Source: Paraspadella gotoi (taxonomy: Eukaryota; Animalia; Chaetognatha). Taken from it: DNA of 64,000 bases. Each line of letters starts with the position of its first letter. The stretch's first letter is position 1. The notes under the pieces were generated by a model. It searched no databases and had not been told where the DNA came from. It saw only the letters and a list, made by a program, of their open reading frames with translations. Shown here in pieces: positions 15,601 through 28,714 of the stretch. The stretch spans positions 11,848,416 through 11,912,415 of the forward strand of contig CM119270.1 in assembly GCA_051294375.1 (NCBI GenBank). The letters are read 5' to 3'. The position numbers and the translations under genes are program-made.

Positions 15601-16352
15601 AGATTTACAGATTTCAAGTCTGAAAATGTTTCAGTAACAGCTTTCTGTGTTACTTTAATGAGTCCCTTCGTTTCCCGGGGGAGAGATACGGATACGTATC
15701 GCAACGCCCCGGATGTCATTCGATGAGGCATAAAGGATTTTCGTTACGCTGCGACGCTGTCTGGCGCCTCGGGCGATTAACGCTTTGTAGATTGAGAACC
15801 AGGACAAATGGAAAGTTCCGAAGATACAAGGATGATGCGAGGCCGAGCCAACCGAAGGGCGAAACAGTTTACCTTGAGATTTTGTTGTCAGCAGCTGAGC
15901 CACACGTTTGTTTGAATGAATGTAAAAAAATATTTTTTTAGAATTTATATCTGTAATTTTAACCATGGAGAGGGCAGGATTCGCATTGTATTTATTAGTA
16001 GCGTTGTTCGTTGCCGTGTCAGTTATATTCAAGTCTCCTAGATTTGCCATGACCCACCCCCTTACCCCATCGTCTCTCTATCTTCCCGGATGGTTTTTCT
16101 CAGCGCCAGACTCTCTTGCGATCTTTTATAATCCGTTTAATCCCCGCCGCGTCGACGGCGGAGCCGGCTGGGCTGCGGGAGCCACGCCCACGGGAGCCAC
16201 GCCCGAGACGCATTCCGATTCCCTCGGCGTTTCTCGTCGATTCGTCGACTCGCTGGTGATTATTTTTCCAGCCTTAAAGACGAGTGTTGCCGACGTTGCT
16301 TTCGTCGGTTGTCAGTTGCGTTGTCGTAGTCCTCGGAGGCGGTGTCGGCGCC

Positions 16353-16387
<35 letters not shown>

Positions 16388-16748
16388 CATGATTTTCGAT
16401 CTGAAAATTTAGTATTGTGGCGAATCCTAAATTCGCTTCCCGTATAGCTTGGTGCTCTCTCTCTTCTCTCTCTCTCTTCTCTCTCTTTCTCTCTCTCTCT
16501 CCTCTCTCTCTCTCTTCTCTCTCAACAGCTTTCCGCGTCTAAATTTCCCCCTATTCGTCTTCGCAGTAGAACATCCAATAACGACCTCCTTTAGTTTCTC
16601 TATCTCGTTTATCCGCTGGGCGTCGGTGTGGTGAGAGAGGGAAGGATCGCCGTTGGAATTTCCGAGAAATCGTTTCACCGGAAAAGAAAAACTCTCACGT
16701 TTGTGGAGTCGATACTTTGAAGAGGAAAAAAAAAAGGAAAGGAGAACA

Positions 16749-16823
<75 letters not shown>

Positions 16824-19800
16824 TCTCTCTCTCTTTCATCGCCATGCGGCGAAGCGATTCGCTGGCGAGGCCTCTAGCGCTATTCTCCATGGACTATAAG
16901 TAAGCGGTGAAGACTTTAGAACGAGTGGAGTCGGCGCTCTTTAGTCTTTAGTCAAAGATGATTCACGATTTGCATAAAAATGAAAACGACTCGCGAAAAC
17001 GATTAAATGAGTGCTTGTGTAAAAAGTATAGATTTGTTGTCTGAAATTCATATGTATATATTTAGGTTGATTGAGCGAAAAGAAGCTAAAATTCCATTTA
17101 AATTATTTTTTTATAGAACGACGCAAAACTTTGCAAAAGTTTGCCAACATAAAGCTAGATACAATGCAACGGGAAGACTGTGTGATGCCCGGGGTGTGAG
17201 GCATCTCCCGACAGCGAGTACGAGTACTTAGCTGTCCAAGCCAATGGGACGAGCTGAGTTTCACCAAGCTATACGGGAAGCGAATTTAGGATTCGCCACA
17301 ATACTAAATTTTCAGATCGAAATCATGGCCGCCGCCGCCGCCGCGCCGCGGCGCCGACACCGCCTCCGAGGACTACGACAACGCAACTGACAACGACGAA
17401 AGCAACGTCGGCAACACTCGTCTTTAAGGCTTGGAAAAATAATCACCAGTTCGTCGACGAATCGACGAGAAACGCCGAGGGAATCGGAATGCGTCTCGGC
17501 GTGGCTCCCGTGGGCGTGGCTCCCGCAGCCCAGCCGGCTCCGCCGTGGACGCGGCGGGGATTAAACGGATTATAAAGATCGCTAGAGAGTCTTGCGCTGA
17601 GAAAAACCATCCGGGAAGATAGAGAGACGATGGGGTAATGGGGTGGGTCATGGCAAATCTAGGAGACTTGAATATAATGACACGGGCAACGACAACGCTA
17701 CTAATAAATACAATGCGAATCTTCCTCTCATGGTTAAAATTACAGATATAAATTCTAAACAAATATTTTTTTACATTAGAGCGTTGAAAAAAATACAAAA
17801 TGTAACAAATCAAGTTAGGTAATAGTACTATTTAGTGTAATGTAGTCTGTAGAATTCGATGGTGATGACATTTTTTTGTATAATTTTATCTTCTTGTCGA
17901 AAATAAGGGTTTTAATGTATATAAAATTATAAACCATTATAGTTATGATAAATCAATTATTAAAATTTTATAAAATTTTATATAAGCTTTGAAATATAAA
18001 AATAAAGATTAATAAAATATTTGGTAAGTTTTATTATTTTATGTTTATAAAAAGTTAGTTAACTATATTTATTAATAATTATGAGTAAAAAATTGGGCTA
18101 AAGTTAAAAATAATAATTTCAAAATTTTTTCATGGATTTGCATTCTTTGCAAAAGTTGATATAAGAAATATAATTTTTTATATCAAAATTATGTCATTAA
18201 GTTGGTCAAAATTCAGAAAAACTATAATTTTAAGCCAAAATTGAAAAATTAACAAAATAATAGTTGTTAATATTTTTAACCTACTTAATGAAAGAATTTT
18301 TTTAAAATGATTATATTTTTATATCAATTTTTGTAAGGAATTCAAATCTGGTTTTAAAATTTAAATTTTTTTATTTTTTCACTTTAGCTTATTTTATTAT
18401 TATTTTATAATATAGCTAACAAACTATTAATAAAATATAAATTTGTTAATAAACTTACAAATATTTATATGGGTCTTTATATTCATATTATGTAAGTTAA
18501 ATATGGCTTTTATAAAATTTAATAATTTGAGTTTCTTATACTCTACAATGTTTGCTCCATTTTAATACACTTATTGCTGCAAATCGCCGTTTCCGAAAAC
18601 AAAGAAGATGAGACTATACAAAAAATGGTTATCATCATCGAATTGCTACAGACTTATTTACACTAAAATAGCTATGTACCTCATTGATTTGTTATATTTC
18701 GTTATTTTTCAACGCCTATTTTACATTCATTCAAACAACGTGTGGCTCAGCTGCTGAAACAAAATCTCAAGGTAAACTGTTTCGCCTTCGGTTGCTCGGC
18801 CTCGCATCATCTTGTATCTTGGAACTTTCCATTTGTCCTGGTTCTCAATCTACAAAGCGTTAATCGCGAGGCGCCAGACAGCGTCGCAGCGTAACGAAAT
18901 CTTTATGCCTCATGAATGACATCCGGGGCGTGGCGATACGTATCCGTATCTCTCCTCGGGAAACGAAGGGATCATTAAAGTAACACAGAAAGCTGTTACT
19001 GAAAACTTTCAGACTTGAAATCTGTAAATTAAATCTTGTTTGAAATGTGAATCTCTGTGGAGTCTGTAGAGATCGTGGGAAAACTTCANNNNNNNNNNNN
19101 NNNNNNNNNNNNNAATCCGGTGCCGAATGAATTTAAAAGTCGAATTTCTCAGAACCGTCAGTTTGGTAGAGAGTGCAATTAAGGCGACCGGTAAAATGAA
19201 TGCTAGCTGCTCAGTCGATTATCGTTTGTCCGGAGGTGAGTGGGAAGATAGAGAATCAAAATGAAATGAATGAAAATGAAATGAACTTTCAATTCCCTGA
19301 GGGTATCTCGGTTTTGACCGGAGCCCAGTCTAAATGACCAGCCAAAACGGAGGCCGGTCCAAATCTGGAGAGGTGTAGTCATATAACCGCCCATTTGTAA
19401 TTAAGTCAAATCCATCGAATTTTAACTATAGGCCTCTTTGCCCGACTTGTTTAGTTGTTTAAGATTTACTGCTGTTCAATCCCAAAATAAAAATTATAAT
19501 ATTGCCAGTATGTGAATGCCTTTGGGATCTTCAAGAAAGCGGTTTGGAGGAATTTTCTACATTTCACCGATGGAGAGAGAAATGCAATGAGCAAAGAGAG
19601 ACAGAGGAGAGAGAGAGGAGAAATAGAGATGGATCGAAAGGATTAGGAGGAGAGAAAGAGATAAGAGGAGACGAAGGAGGAGAGAATGAGTACATCTGAG
19701 AGTGAAGACTTTTTTTTCGACAATTAATTCGCATTTTTCAACGCCATTCGTTATTTGAGGATTTTATTAGAATTCGCGAGCAGAATCTCATCGTCGAGAT

Positions 19801-22800
19801 CGTATACCGAAGGGGAGGGTGTGGGAAGGAGCAGCGGACCTGCAAAGGTATCGCGAATGAAACCAAATACTTCGAGAGGGCTTCGAAGGCGAAAGCGAGG
19901 GAGATGTGAGAAGTCAAGATAAATTAAAAGGAAAGTGTGTGCAAAAAATGAATTGAATGTATAAATGAATAAATATTTTAAATAACATATAATATTTTTT
20001 CGGTACGGTAATATAAGAAGCCTATATTCACCTGATGTTCATACCACGGATCATTGGTTTAATAAACATAAACCTACTGTAATGAATATGTTATCTGTTT
20101 AACACATGTTCACTCTGCCTCTCATACTATCTTCTCTCTCTCTTCTCTCTCTTCCTCTCTCTCTCTCTCTCAAAGTTGTGCGCGTCTTCCTGCGCAATAG
20201 TACTAGCACTCATCGAATTCGATCACGTCAAGTCTGTGATAATTTTTTGGTTTCTATTCTCTTACAATTCCTTCCAAATAGCCGTCGGATAGAAGTTTTC
20301 TGACCTGAAGAACATCAAATAAATAGAAAGGAAACTACTGAGATTATACCCATACATAGAAGGTGCGTATATAAACGATAGATCCATAATATTTGTGAAA
20401 TCGTTGACAGCGTAGATTTTTTTGTTATTCTTAAATCTACATATGTCTCTACTCGTGGTAATGGATAAACGCGTCGCAAAGAGAAAAGAACAAATCAAGA
20501 GGGCAATTAAAAGGACAAACCACAAAAAACCTTGAATATTTTGAATTTCTTTACAATTAAAACGCCATACAATTTTCGAATTTTAAAATAACTTAATCCT
20601 CTTCTCTCGCCTGAATAATTTTTTTCCAATATTTGATACCTCAGGACAGTACAACTGGTCTAGTCGGACTCGTGCTCCGATACAGCTCTCAACAGTTGCC
20701 CGGTAGCCCAAAGGTCATTTGATCTTTTTTGTCAAGATATGGTTAGTAAAGTTCCCACAGCAATAAACAGGCGTCATCTGTCTCTGCCGGTCCGATCAAT
20801 GATTTAGTTACTTTTTTCTCCACCACGTTCTCTCAATTCGCTACCCGAAATGTATGCTCAAGAAAAGGGGTAGTGTAAAACAAGGATACTAATAGAGAAG
20901 AAGTGAGATATAACCAAATAGTTGCCCAAAAAAATAATTATAATATAGAACTTACATTTTATGAGTTAAAATAACAATACACAGAAAATAAAGAATATCA
21001 GTTGGAGAAATGTTTTGCTCACTCTGATTAGAGGTTTTTTTAATTTTTTATATGACCCATACAAATCTAAATAAAGAGGCGAGTAAAAAAAAAAAAACCG
21101 GGACTCAAATAATCCAGTGTTTGGACAATTGACGCAGCTACCTCCTTAACACAAGCCTCACGCCAACGAGGATACCGTGAGTGTCCTAAAACTTAGTGTA
21201 AATTACAAGCTGCCCAATAATCCTTCTAAATATAAAAATCCATTCCCTCTCTTACCTAAATAAACAAATATTGGGAGTTAACCCGAGATTACCGCGCTAC
21301 GAAAAAGTAGCAAGCTCCCTGATGTTCCACCTATTACACTTAAGAAGGTTAATCAAAGAACTCATGTAACACCTCAGAAAAGTATATTCTTCCTAAAGAA
21401 GTCATCGCGTGAAAGAACCGAATTTGCCACTATACGCTCCAGGTCTGCCAATATTATGGGACCGCCCATAGTTACCCGGAACAACAGTCGACAAATGCTT
21501 GTCCCGCAAAGCCTATTCTCCTGTTAATTCCACGTATAACCTTGCTTCCGTCTGCGGCCAACAACTGGTCCCTGTCGCTTCAAGCTAACAGAATATCTCT
21601 CAATTTTCTCACCATCCTTTCTCTTAGTTCCGGGATCTCGGGCTTGATAATAATAAATAATAATAATAAGGTCCTCAACTTTTGTTTTTCGGTCCGCTCC
21701 CTCTGGTCCGCCCCCGTCAAATTATTGGATAGAAAATTATGGACCAAAAAAAATTATTCTCTGCTGCGACTGAGCTCTGTTCGTCTCGTCTGTCCTGTCT
21801 TGCCCTTTCCCGTTTCCTCAGCAGGTCCGGCGTTCTCGCCTCAAGTTTCGGAACAATACAGTTACCACCACCCTTTGTTAGTCACCCAAAAACACCTACA
21901 CGTTACTCGGTGATTGGATGCGGAATGCCGATTTGAATTAAACTCTCTCTGTGCCCGCGGTTTCGTTGGTGTGAGTAGGGAAGTTGTGGTGTGATTTGAG
22001 TTGGATATGAAGTTTCGATCGTCCGAATCGTCCGAGTGAAAGATGAGTTTTAAATGGAAATAAACAAAAAAATATATTTCTTTTTATTGATAACACCTAG
22101 GTCATTGAGTTGGATGGCGCGAATATTTCGACCCGTGTGCGAAGAGTTTATTGTCGTATCCCCGTGAGCCGTCGGGTCGACTAACAAATAGTGGAACGAC
22201 GTGTGTGATAAGTCTGCGAAGATCAAGCTTTCGATGGAATACGTGGGACCACCGCCGAAACCGACGACGACTGGAAGATAAAAAATAACCTGACGGCGTG
22301 TGTAATTGAAAAAAACACAAAAACCCACCTGTTTCTTAACTAATATTAATTTAAATGTAAATTGCAGGATTGGTATTACCATTAATCAAATAATCAATCA
22401 ATTAGTCAATTAATTAAAATCCATAACGTTATATTAACCTCAGAAGTCAACCCTCAGATCTGTTATCCCGCCGCCCCGCCCGATTTACGTTTTTGCAATC
22501 ATCTACTCCCGTCATTTGCTTTTCGTGCTTGCCCTCTTACGGTGGCACCGGCACCCCAATAAGACCCCTAAAAGAATACAAACATTATTGGGAACAAATA
22601 ATTAATTAAAATTCTGTCGCCCGTCTAATTAAATAATTAATTAGTAATTTACTTCGAACGACCGCCTCTCCCCGCCGCCCGCCGCCGGCGCTCCATCGCC
22701 CGCGACCCTCCGAAGCCCGCACCGCCTCCGGGGAAAGTAATCCGAGGTCGAGCCCTAATTAAGATAAATAAATTCACTGAAGAAATTATATATATAATAG

Positions 22801-25277
22801 AATTAATTTAATACCCAGATAGACTGCATCCGTGAGCATCCGAATGACATTGTTTCTGTTGCGCTCAAAACTCGGGTACTGTTTATCTATTTCATTATTT
22901 TTATTACGTCATAAAGTCTAACAAAAGAATAAGCTGATGGACGGGAGGATATTATAACGTTTTTGAATCGCTACCGAAGTTCACAGTGTTGTGAACGACA
23001 TAGTTGAAAAGTTTCATGTGTTTTAGAGTTTATTTGGGTGTAATTTAAAAGTTTATTACGCGGAAAGGGTTAGCTTACGGTCGAGCTTTATGTTTGTGCG
23101 GAGTCAGAAGTAGTATATAATAAATAAATTACAAGAATTAAAGTCAATGATGTGAGCTTCTACGTGAAAAATGAGAGAGGGAATATTTCAAAGACCAATT
23201 TCACGTGATTCAAAATGGGGGGAGTGAAGATTCAAAAAGAATTCAATTACAGGTGGTAAATCCTTAGTTTTGCTAGTAGCGATTCAAGATTTGTTGCTAC
23301 CCTTGTGTAAAAAAGTCGCTTGATTGGTTTACTTCTTTTGTGCAGACACTCTGCACAATACTATTAGTCTGTTTGCTCCTTTGAGGTTCTGTTAGGTGCA
23401 TGCCAATGGTTGTAATTGTACACAACAAGAAATAGTGTGGAATTTGAAGAGAACCTTGGAGTGGTGAGAGAGAGATAAGTAGAATTTCTCTATCAGAGAG
23501 AAGAAAAAGGAGATAAAGAAAAATAGACCATAGGAGTGTCTGGGCAATTCGAGAATTTGATCTCAGAAGCCGCTGGGATAATCGATCAAACCTGCGACGA
23601 CTGCGAATAATTTTTTTTTTCAGTTTTATAAGTTATAAAAATTTTAATATTTAAGAAAAGTAAGAAAGAAAAGAGCTCATCATCTGGCAAAAGATAAACG
23701 AAATTAATACGAATAAACGAATTATGTTGTCAGCTTGAAATTACGAGTCCAGAGTGTCCGTAGTTGCCTAAACTAAATATAATGTTAATGCACACATTAA
23801 GAATAATGTGTGGAGAACGCGCAATTTTTTGCACGACTCCCGAATGAGAGGTGTTTACAAATTAAAGCTTCGAACCATGTGAGATTTATGAAATTGGGAA
23901 AAAGTTCCAAAATAGAATCGCTTGCTCGAAGACAAACTATGCGTGTACGTTATAGTGGAATTATGTCTCAATTTTGATATATATTTTGTTATGCTATTGT
24001 ATCTATAGGTTAGAGAGTGATGGAAGTGCAATAATGAATTAGAAACACCTAATAAGGCCTGTTTGCAAATCTAAAGTCATGCGGATATACTAACGTTATG
24101 GTGCGTGGTAATTTAATATTTGAATAGTGGATAGTGTAATATTTTGTATAATTTTTATATTGGTATCATGATAAGTTACTGCTATGAATTTTATAAGTCG
24201 TATTAAATCGTCCTGAATAATAGTACTGATGGAATTTTTTAACTCATGAAAAAGATCAAAATCAGGTCATAGTCAGTCTATGATTACACCAGTATAGTAA
24301 TTAATATACCTAACATCATGTTTTGTGAACATTTACTACTCCGATTATGTTGATATCCGTGTAGTGAGTATTCCTATAATCTATGTGATAAAATGGTTCA
24401 GCAATATAATTCTCTTTGTAATACGCTCGTTTTTCACCAATATCCTCTCTATGTTTGGTGTTATATCCGCAAAAGAATGATTTCGCACACGTCATATTTT
24501 TTTTTCTTTTTTGGTCCCTACTGGGTGTTTTTGTACGTCCATATTCCATAAGTGTCACTTTCTCTTTAGATCTTTCATCTCGAGCATCACATACCCACTA
24601 ACGGGGTGGTGGTATTACAAGGTCAATTTTTCAAGACGAAAAGAATTCCATTCCAACCCTTCCCAAAAAGGCTTGTGGGTCACCCTCTCGATCCTCTGAC
24701 CCCAAACGGATTATGAGGGAAGCGCTGAAATCTTGAAAAAAAGGTAGAGAGAGGAAAAGAGGGAAAAAAAAGAAGAGAGGGGAAAAAAGGAGAGAGAGAG
24801 AGGAGAGTTGGGGGAGAGAGGAGAGGAAGGAGAGAGAGAGAGAAGAGAGAGGTCGAGAGACGGAGAGAGAGAGACGGAGGAGAGAGAGAGAGAGGAAGAG
24901 TAGTGGAACGATTTGGCTTTTTTTGGTTCAAATCTCTCTTCTCCAAGTGACGCCTTTGGTTGCGAGATAGAGAAAAAAGTTTCCGGAAAAAAAAGCAGGA
25001 TTTAAAAAAAAAAAAACGAATAAAACCATGAAAAGAAAACATATAACGAAAATAACGAGACATAATTCTGTCTGTCTCTCTCTCTTCTATATTTTTTCCC
25101 CCTCTGTTCTTCCTTTCTACTTGCTCGGCTTTGCCGCTGACAAGTTTTATTTTTGGATGTTAATAAAGTTTTTCTTGATCTTTTTTTACTTTGAATTTAC
25201 GACTATCTTCCTTCATTCATTTTTCTGGAAAATTCGGTTGACTTCTTGTGTATTTAAAATCACTCTCTCTCCCTCTC

Positions 25278-25356
<79 letters not shown>

Positions 25357-25577
25357 CTCACCTTTCCGCGTCTAATCCCCCTATTCGTCTTCCGCAGTAG
25401 AACATCCAATAACGACCTCCTTTAGTTTCTCTCCGTTTTTATCCGCTGGGGCGTGGTGGAGAGAGAGGGAAGGATCGCCGTTGGAATTTCCGAGAAATCG
25501 TTTCACCGGAAAAGAAAAACTCTCACGTTTGTGGAGTCGATACTTTGAAGAGGAAAAAAAAAAGGAAAGGGAGAACA

Positions 25578-25639
<62 letters not shown>

Positions 25640-28571
25640 GCTCTCTCTCTCTCTCTCTCTCTTTCATCGCCATGCCGGCGAAGCGATTCGCTGGCGAGGC
25701 CTCTAGCGCTATTCTCCATGGACTATAACGTAAGCGGTGAAGACTTTAGAACGAGTGGAGTCGGCGCTCTTTAGTCTTTGATCAAGATGATTCACGATTT
25801 GCATAAAATATGAAAACGACTCGCGAAAACGATTAAATGAGTGCTTGTTAAAAAGTATAGATTTTGTTGTCTGAAATTATATGTATAGTATTTAGGTTGA
25901 TTTGAGCGAAAAGAAGCTTAAAAATTCCATTTAAATTCAAATTTTTTTTAGAACGAACGCAAAACTTTGCACAAAGTTTGCCTAACATAAAGCAGATACA
26001 TGCAACGGGGAGAGACTGTGTGATGCCCGGGGTGTGAGGCATTCCCGACAGCGAGTACGAGTACGTAAGCTGTCCAAGCCAATGGGACGAGCTGAGTTTA
26101 GAGAGAGAGAGATTTTAATATTTAATTTTAATTCTCGGTCTTCTCGTCTTTTGAACTTCGTTAGTTAGAAAGCTTCATTTCCGAGACATTGATACAAAGA
26201 AATGAGCAACACTAAGCAACATAATCATAACAACCAAGAAAAAAAAATAGCGTCGCTGAAGCTCGAGAAAGACATAAGGATAATGGAAAAAAGCATGTTG
26301 GAAACGCTTCGTTAATTTTTTTTTTCACTGTGCAACTGCAACACTATTGGGCCAAGATTCAAAAGTTCGTTTTTCAAACCATTGGCCCGTTTTACAGAAA
26401 TATATATCTGACATTAAATTGGAAGAGATTTTGAGACGATACCTATATAGTATTAACTCTTTGATTATTTCTCGATGAGACGAACTGTTAATATGTAGAT
26501 GTTTCATTTTTCTTTATTTTTTTGTATTTTCTTTTTATATGTACTTTGTTATAAATTTTAATATTGTACATTATCAAAATATAGGTTTATTCTAAAAAAA
26601 TCTCGCGGCCTCTTGTTTAAAGTAGAATTAATCAAGCGAGCCAGGTTTCGATGTTTAAATACATAACTAACTTCGCAACTTTGGAAACAAAAGACCATTC
26701 TTAAGATATTGTTTTGTCCTTCAGACGAGAGGGCGGATCACGTAAACGAAGGCCGCCCGACGTGGCGGGAGGGGTGAACGCCGAACTGTCGAGTAACGGG
26801 CCCGTCCCATCCACCGCCACCACCGGCGGACATTCAGGTAATTTATAGATTCATAGTTTTTTTTTCCACTTTTTTCTTGGGGCGTTTCGTCATTTCTCCA
26901 ACTGTGTCTTCCTCATTTATTTAGACTTCAGACTTTATTTATAGTTTATTCGTTTTTGGTTCGTTTTGTTATTCAATTTTTTCTTCAATGATAACCAGTT
27001 AGTGGAATTCACTGAAAATATTCTTACCATTGTAGTTTATTTTACATCTGCTACTCCTTTTTTTGTTCTCACCGACGTCATAAAGCCATAAAAATCTTTG
27101 AGAGTCGAGAGTTTTATATGAGTTACTTACGAAACTCTTTCCCATTATCTTTCATTACCTTTATAACTTTAACGCAGGAAGGAAATTTAAGTCGAGAAGA
27201 TAAGGTAGGCCATGAGAATCTCGTAAAAACGAATTATATTTCGGCGTGGTCGTTTCAACGCCGCACGGATTAAGGGACATAGCGATAGCGTATTTCTTTC
27301 TGTACGTGCGGCGCGAACTCGGTTTTGCGCGCACAAGCTTTTCTCTCGGTACATGTAGCGAGCACGATAAATCGATAGCTTTTCAAATATATGTTGCTCT
27401 CATGGCATTGCTAAAAACAGATTAATTTTGCTTTAATATGTTAAAGTAGGAGGGAAAACAAGAAAATTAAAAAAAGTCGTTTTAATCAAGAAGACTAATC
27501 TAAATAAGTTAAATAATCAAAAACCGCCACATCTAGATGCCTTAAAAGTCCTGTCCTGCTTCGTTAAAGTTGGCACGTGAGAAAATTCACACTCACTTTG
27601 ATTACCACCGAACCCGACAGGTTCTACATCTTCGAAACCCACTCCCCAAGCTTCGCCCTACGCTCCTTCCAAACAACTCTCCTTGACGACAAGTTCCACG
27701 CGGCCTACCCTCAATGGCGGCGGCGGCGGCGCCAAGGGAGAACATCCCGACATCCGGGTGACTAAAGCCACTTCCGGAGGCAGCGTCGCCTCCGCTCTCA
27801 CGTCCAGCATCTCCCGCGGCATCGCTCGGGCCATCGATTCCGACGAGTCGCCCGATGAGGACTACGACTCCATGAGACAGGTGCAATTTGAAGGTGGCTC
27901 CGGTGGATTAGGACGTTTTGATTATTGAGATGAAGATTATGGGAAATGTAGATCTGTAGCACAGACCTACAGACATAGGGATTAGCAAATAATAAGAAAT
28001 TCATAAAAATACACCGAGACAAAGACATAAAATCGAACTCAAGATTACGTCTTACTAAGTAATGAGCAAACACCTGCTTCAACATTACCAGCCGACTCCG
28101 ACTAACTCCCCTTGTTATTATCCCCATCAGGCCTGCATCCCCAAGTACGACTTCTCGACTTCCTACCCTCGAACCTCATCCATCATGATGATGGACGTCG
28201 GCCTCTCTCACGACTCCCCAACCCTCGCCACAACACCATCCGGCGCCGCCCCTCGCCCCGGTGCCATCCCCGGAGCTACCACCCCTTCCGGTACCCCACC
28301 ACGTCTCAACAACGGCTCTGCCCGCGTGGCCACTCTCGGCCCACCGGCGACGGCGCTGGCGCGGCGTCACAGCGGTGGCGGAGCGCCCAACGGCGCCCGT
28401 CGGAACAGCGTATACCACGCTGGCGGCGCCGCTTCCAGCGCGAGTAACGGGCATCACTCGGCGTCGTTGGATCGCGCGGCGAGCGAGGACGCCGCCGAGT
28501 CGTTTGAGAGTCGCCGACTCAAACTGACGAAACAGGGCAGCAAGTTATTGGAGGTGTTCAAACCGAAGTGA
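1326..28571 (+). CDS. Multi-exon type-I membrane protein: SUEL/Gal-lectin-like + CUB + Ser/Thr/Pro stalk + TM + low-complexity cytoplasmic tail (5' end and signal peptide not found)
   Basis: Phase-compatible GT-AG exons: 1326-1469, 2458-2548, 4295-4524, 5141-5369, 7438-7920, 11196-11274, 11723-11803, 26725-26837, 27621-27880, 28131-28571 (stop). Cys pattern LNC..AFY..C..C..C..C..C..LGYDC is SUEL-like. CSSTRTSIVAKQGYIFSPFYP..C..I.V..FRITMLDF..RFLLFFQ is CUB-like. TM segment is FAVIFFSFFVIAILCCGVAIILV. The join across the 15-kb intron is inferred from phase only. Confidence 0.7.
4295..5369 (+). CDS. CUB domain exons
   Basis: G-x-I-x-SP-x-YP motif, Cys, 'ITMLDF' and terminal 'RFLLFFQ'; exons 4295-4524 and 5141-5369 join in phase 0. 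Confidence 0.8.
11196..11274 (+). CDS. Transmembrane exon of the CUB protein
   Basis: ttttcag acceptor and gtattg donor; encodes 23 hydrophobic residues followed by QR. Confidence 0.75.
13236..14199. other. Assembly gap (N run); smaller gaps at 95-104 and 19089-19112
   Basis: Runs of n. Confidence 1.
14200..14590. repeat. ~27-bp G-rich minisatellite (GTGTGGGTGCTGATGTGGAGTGGCAAG)n next to an assembly gap
   Basis: Tandem units directly visible. Confidence 0.9.
15536..19088. repeat. Large inverted duplication: arm 15536-16454, spacer 16455-17261, reverse-complement arm 17262-19088 (interrupted by a MITE, ends at an N-gap)
   Basis: For example cgtatagcttggtg vs caccaagctatacg at the inner edges; the same peptide FKSPRFAMTHP..PSSLYLPGWFFSA appears in ORFs on opposite strands. 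Confidence 0.9.
17777..18718. mobile_element. Non-autonomous hAT-like DNA transposon (MITE)
   Basis: Imperfect TIRs of ~90 bp or more (TAGAGCGTTGAAAAA.. / ..TTTTTCAACGCCTA); 8-bp TSD TTTTACAT at 17769-17776 and 18719-18726; the empty site is visible in the other arm near 15920. Confidence 0.85.
24618..25355 (-). repeat. Reverse-complement copy of 6333-7036
   Basis: caaggtcaatttttcaagacg..ccaaccct vs agggttgg..cgtcttgaaaaattgaccttg; colinear through the (GA)n tracts. Confidence 0.85.
25360..26099 (+). repeat. Direct copy of the inverted-repeat spacer (16529-17261)
   Basis: Colinear from ctttccgcgtctaa to gggacgagctgagttt; both copies give the ORF MEFPRNRFTGKEKLSRLWSRYF. Confidence 0.9.
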
Positions 28572-28714
28572 AAGGAGTGGCTAGCGAAAGGTGGGAGTGG
28601 ATAATAGTATGGATATAGTTTAAGTGTAACGAAAAACGAAGATTTATTGGCTGTTACAACGATTTAACGTTGTAACAGCCAATAAAACTTTCGTTTTTTG
28701 TTAAATCAATAATA

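Noticed and set aside
15655-16447. ORFs of 131 and 160 aa in the inverted-repeat arm
   Set aside because: No recognisable domain, and the frames are not preserved in the second arm
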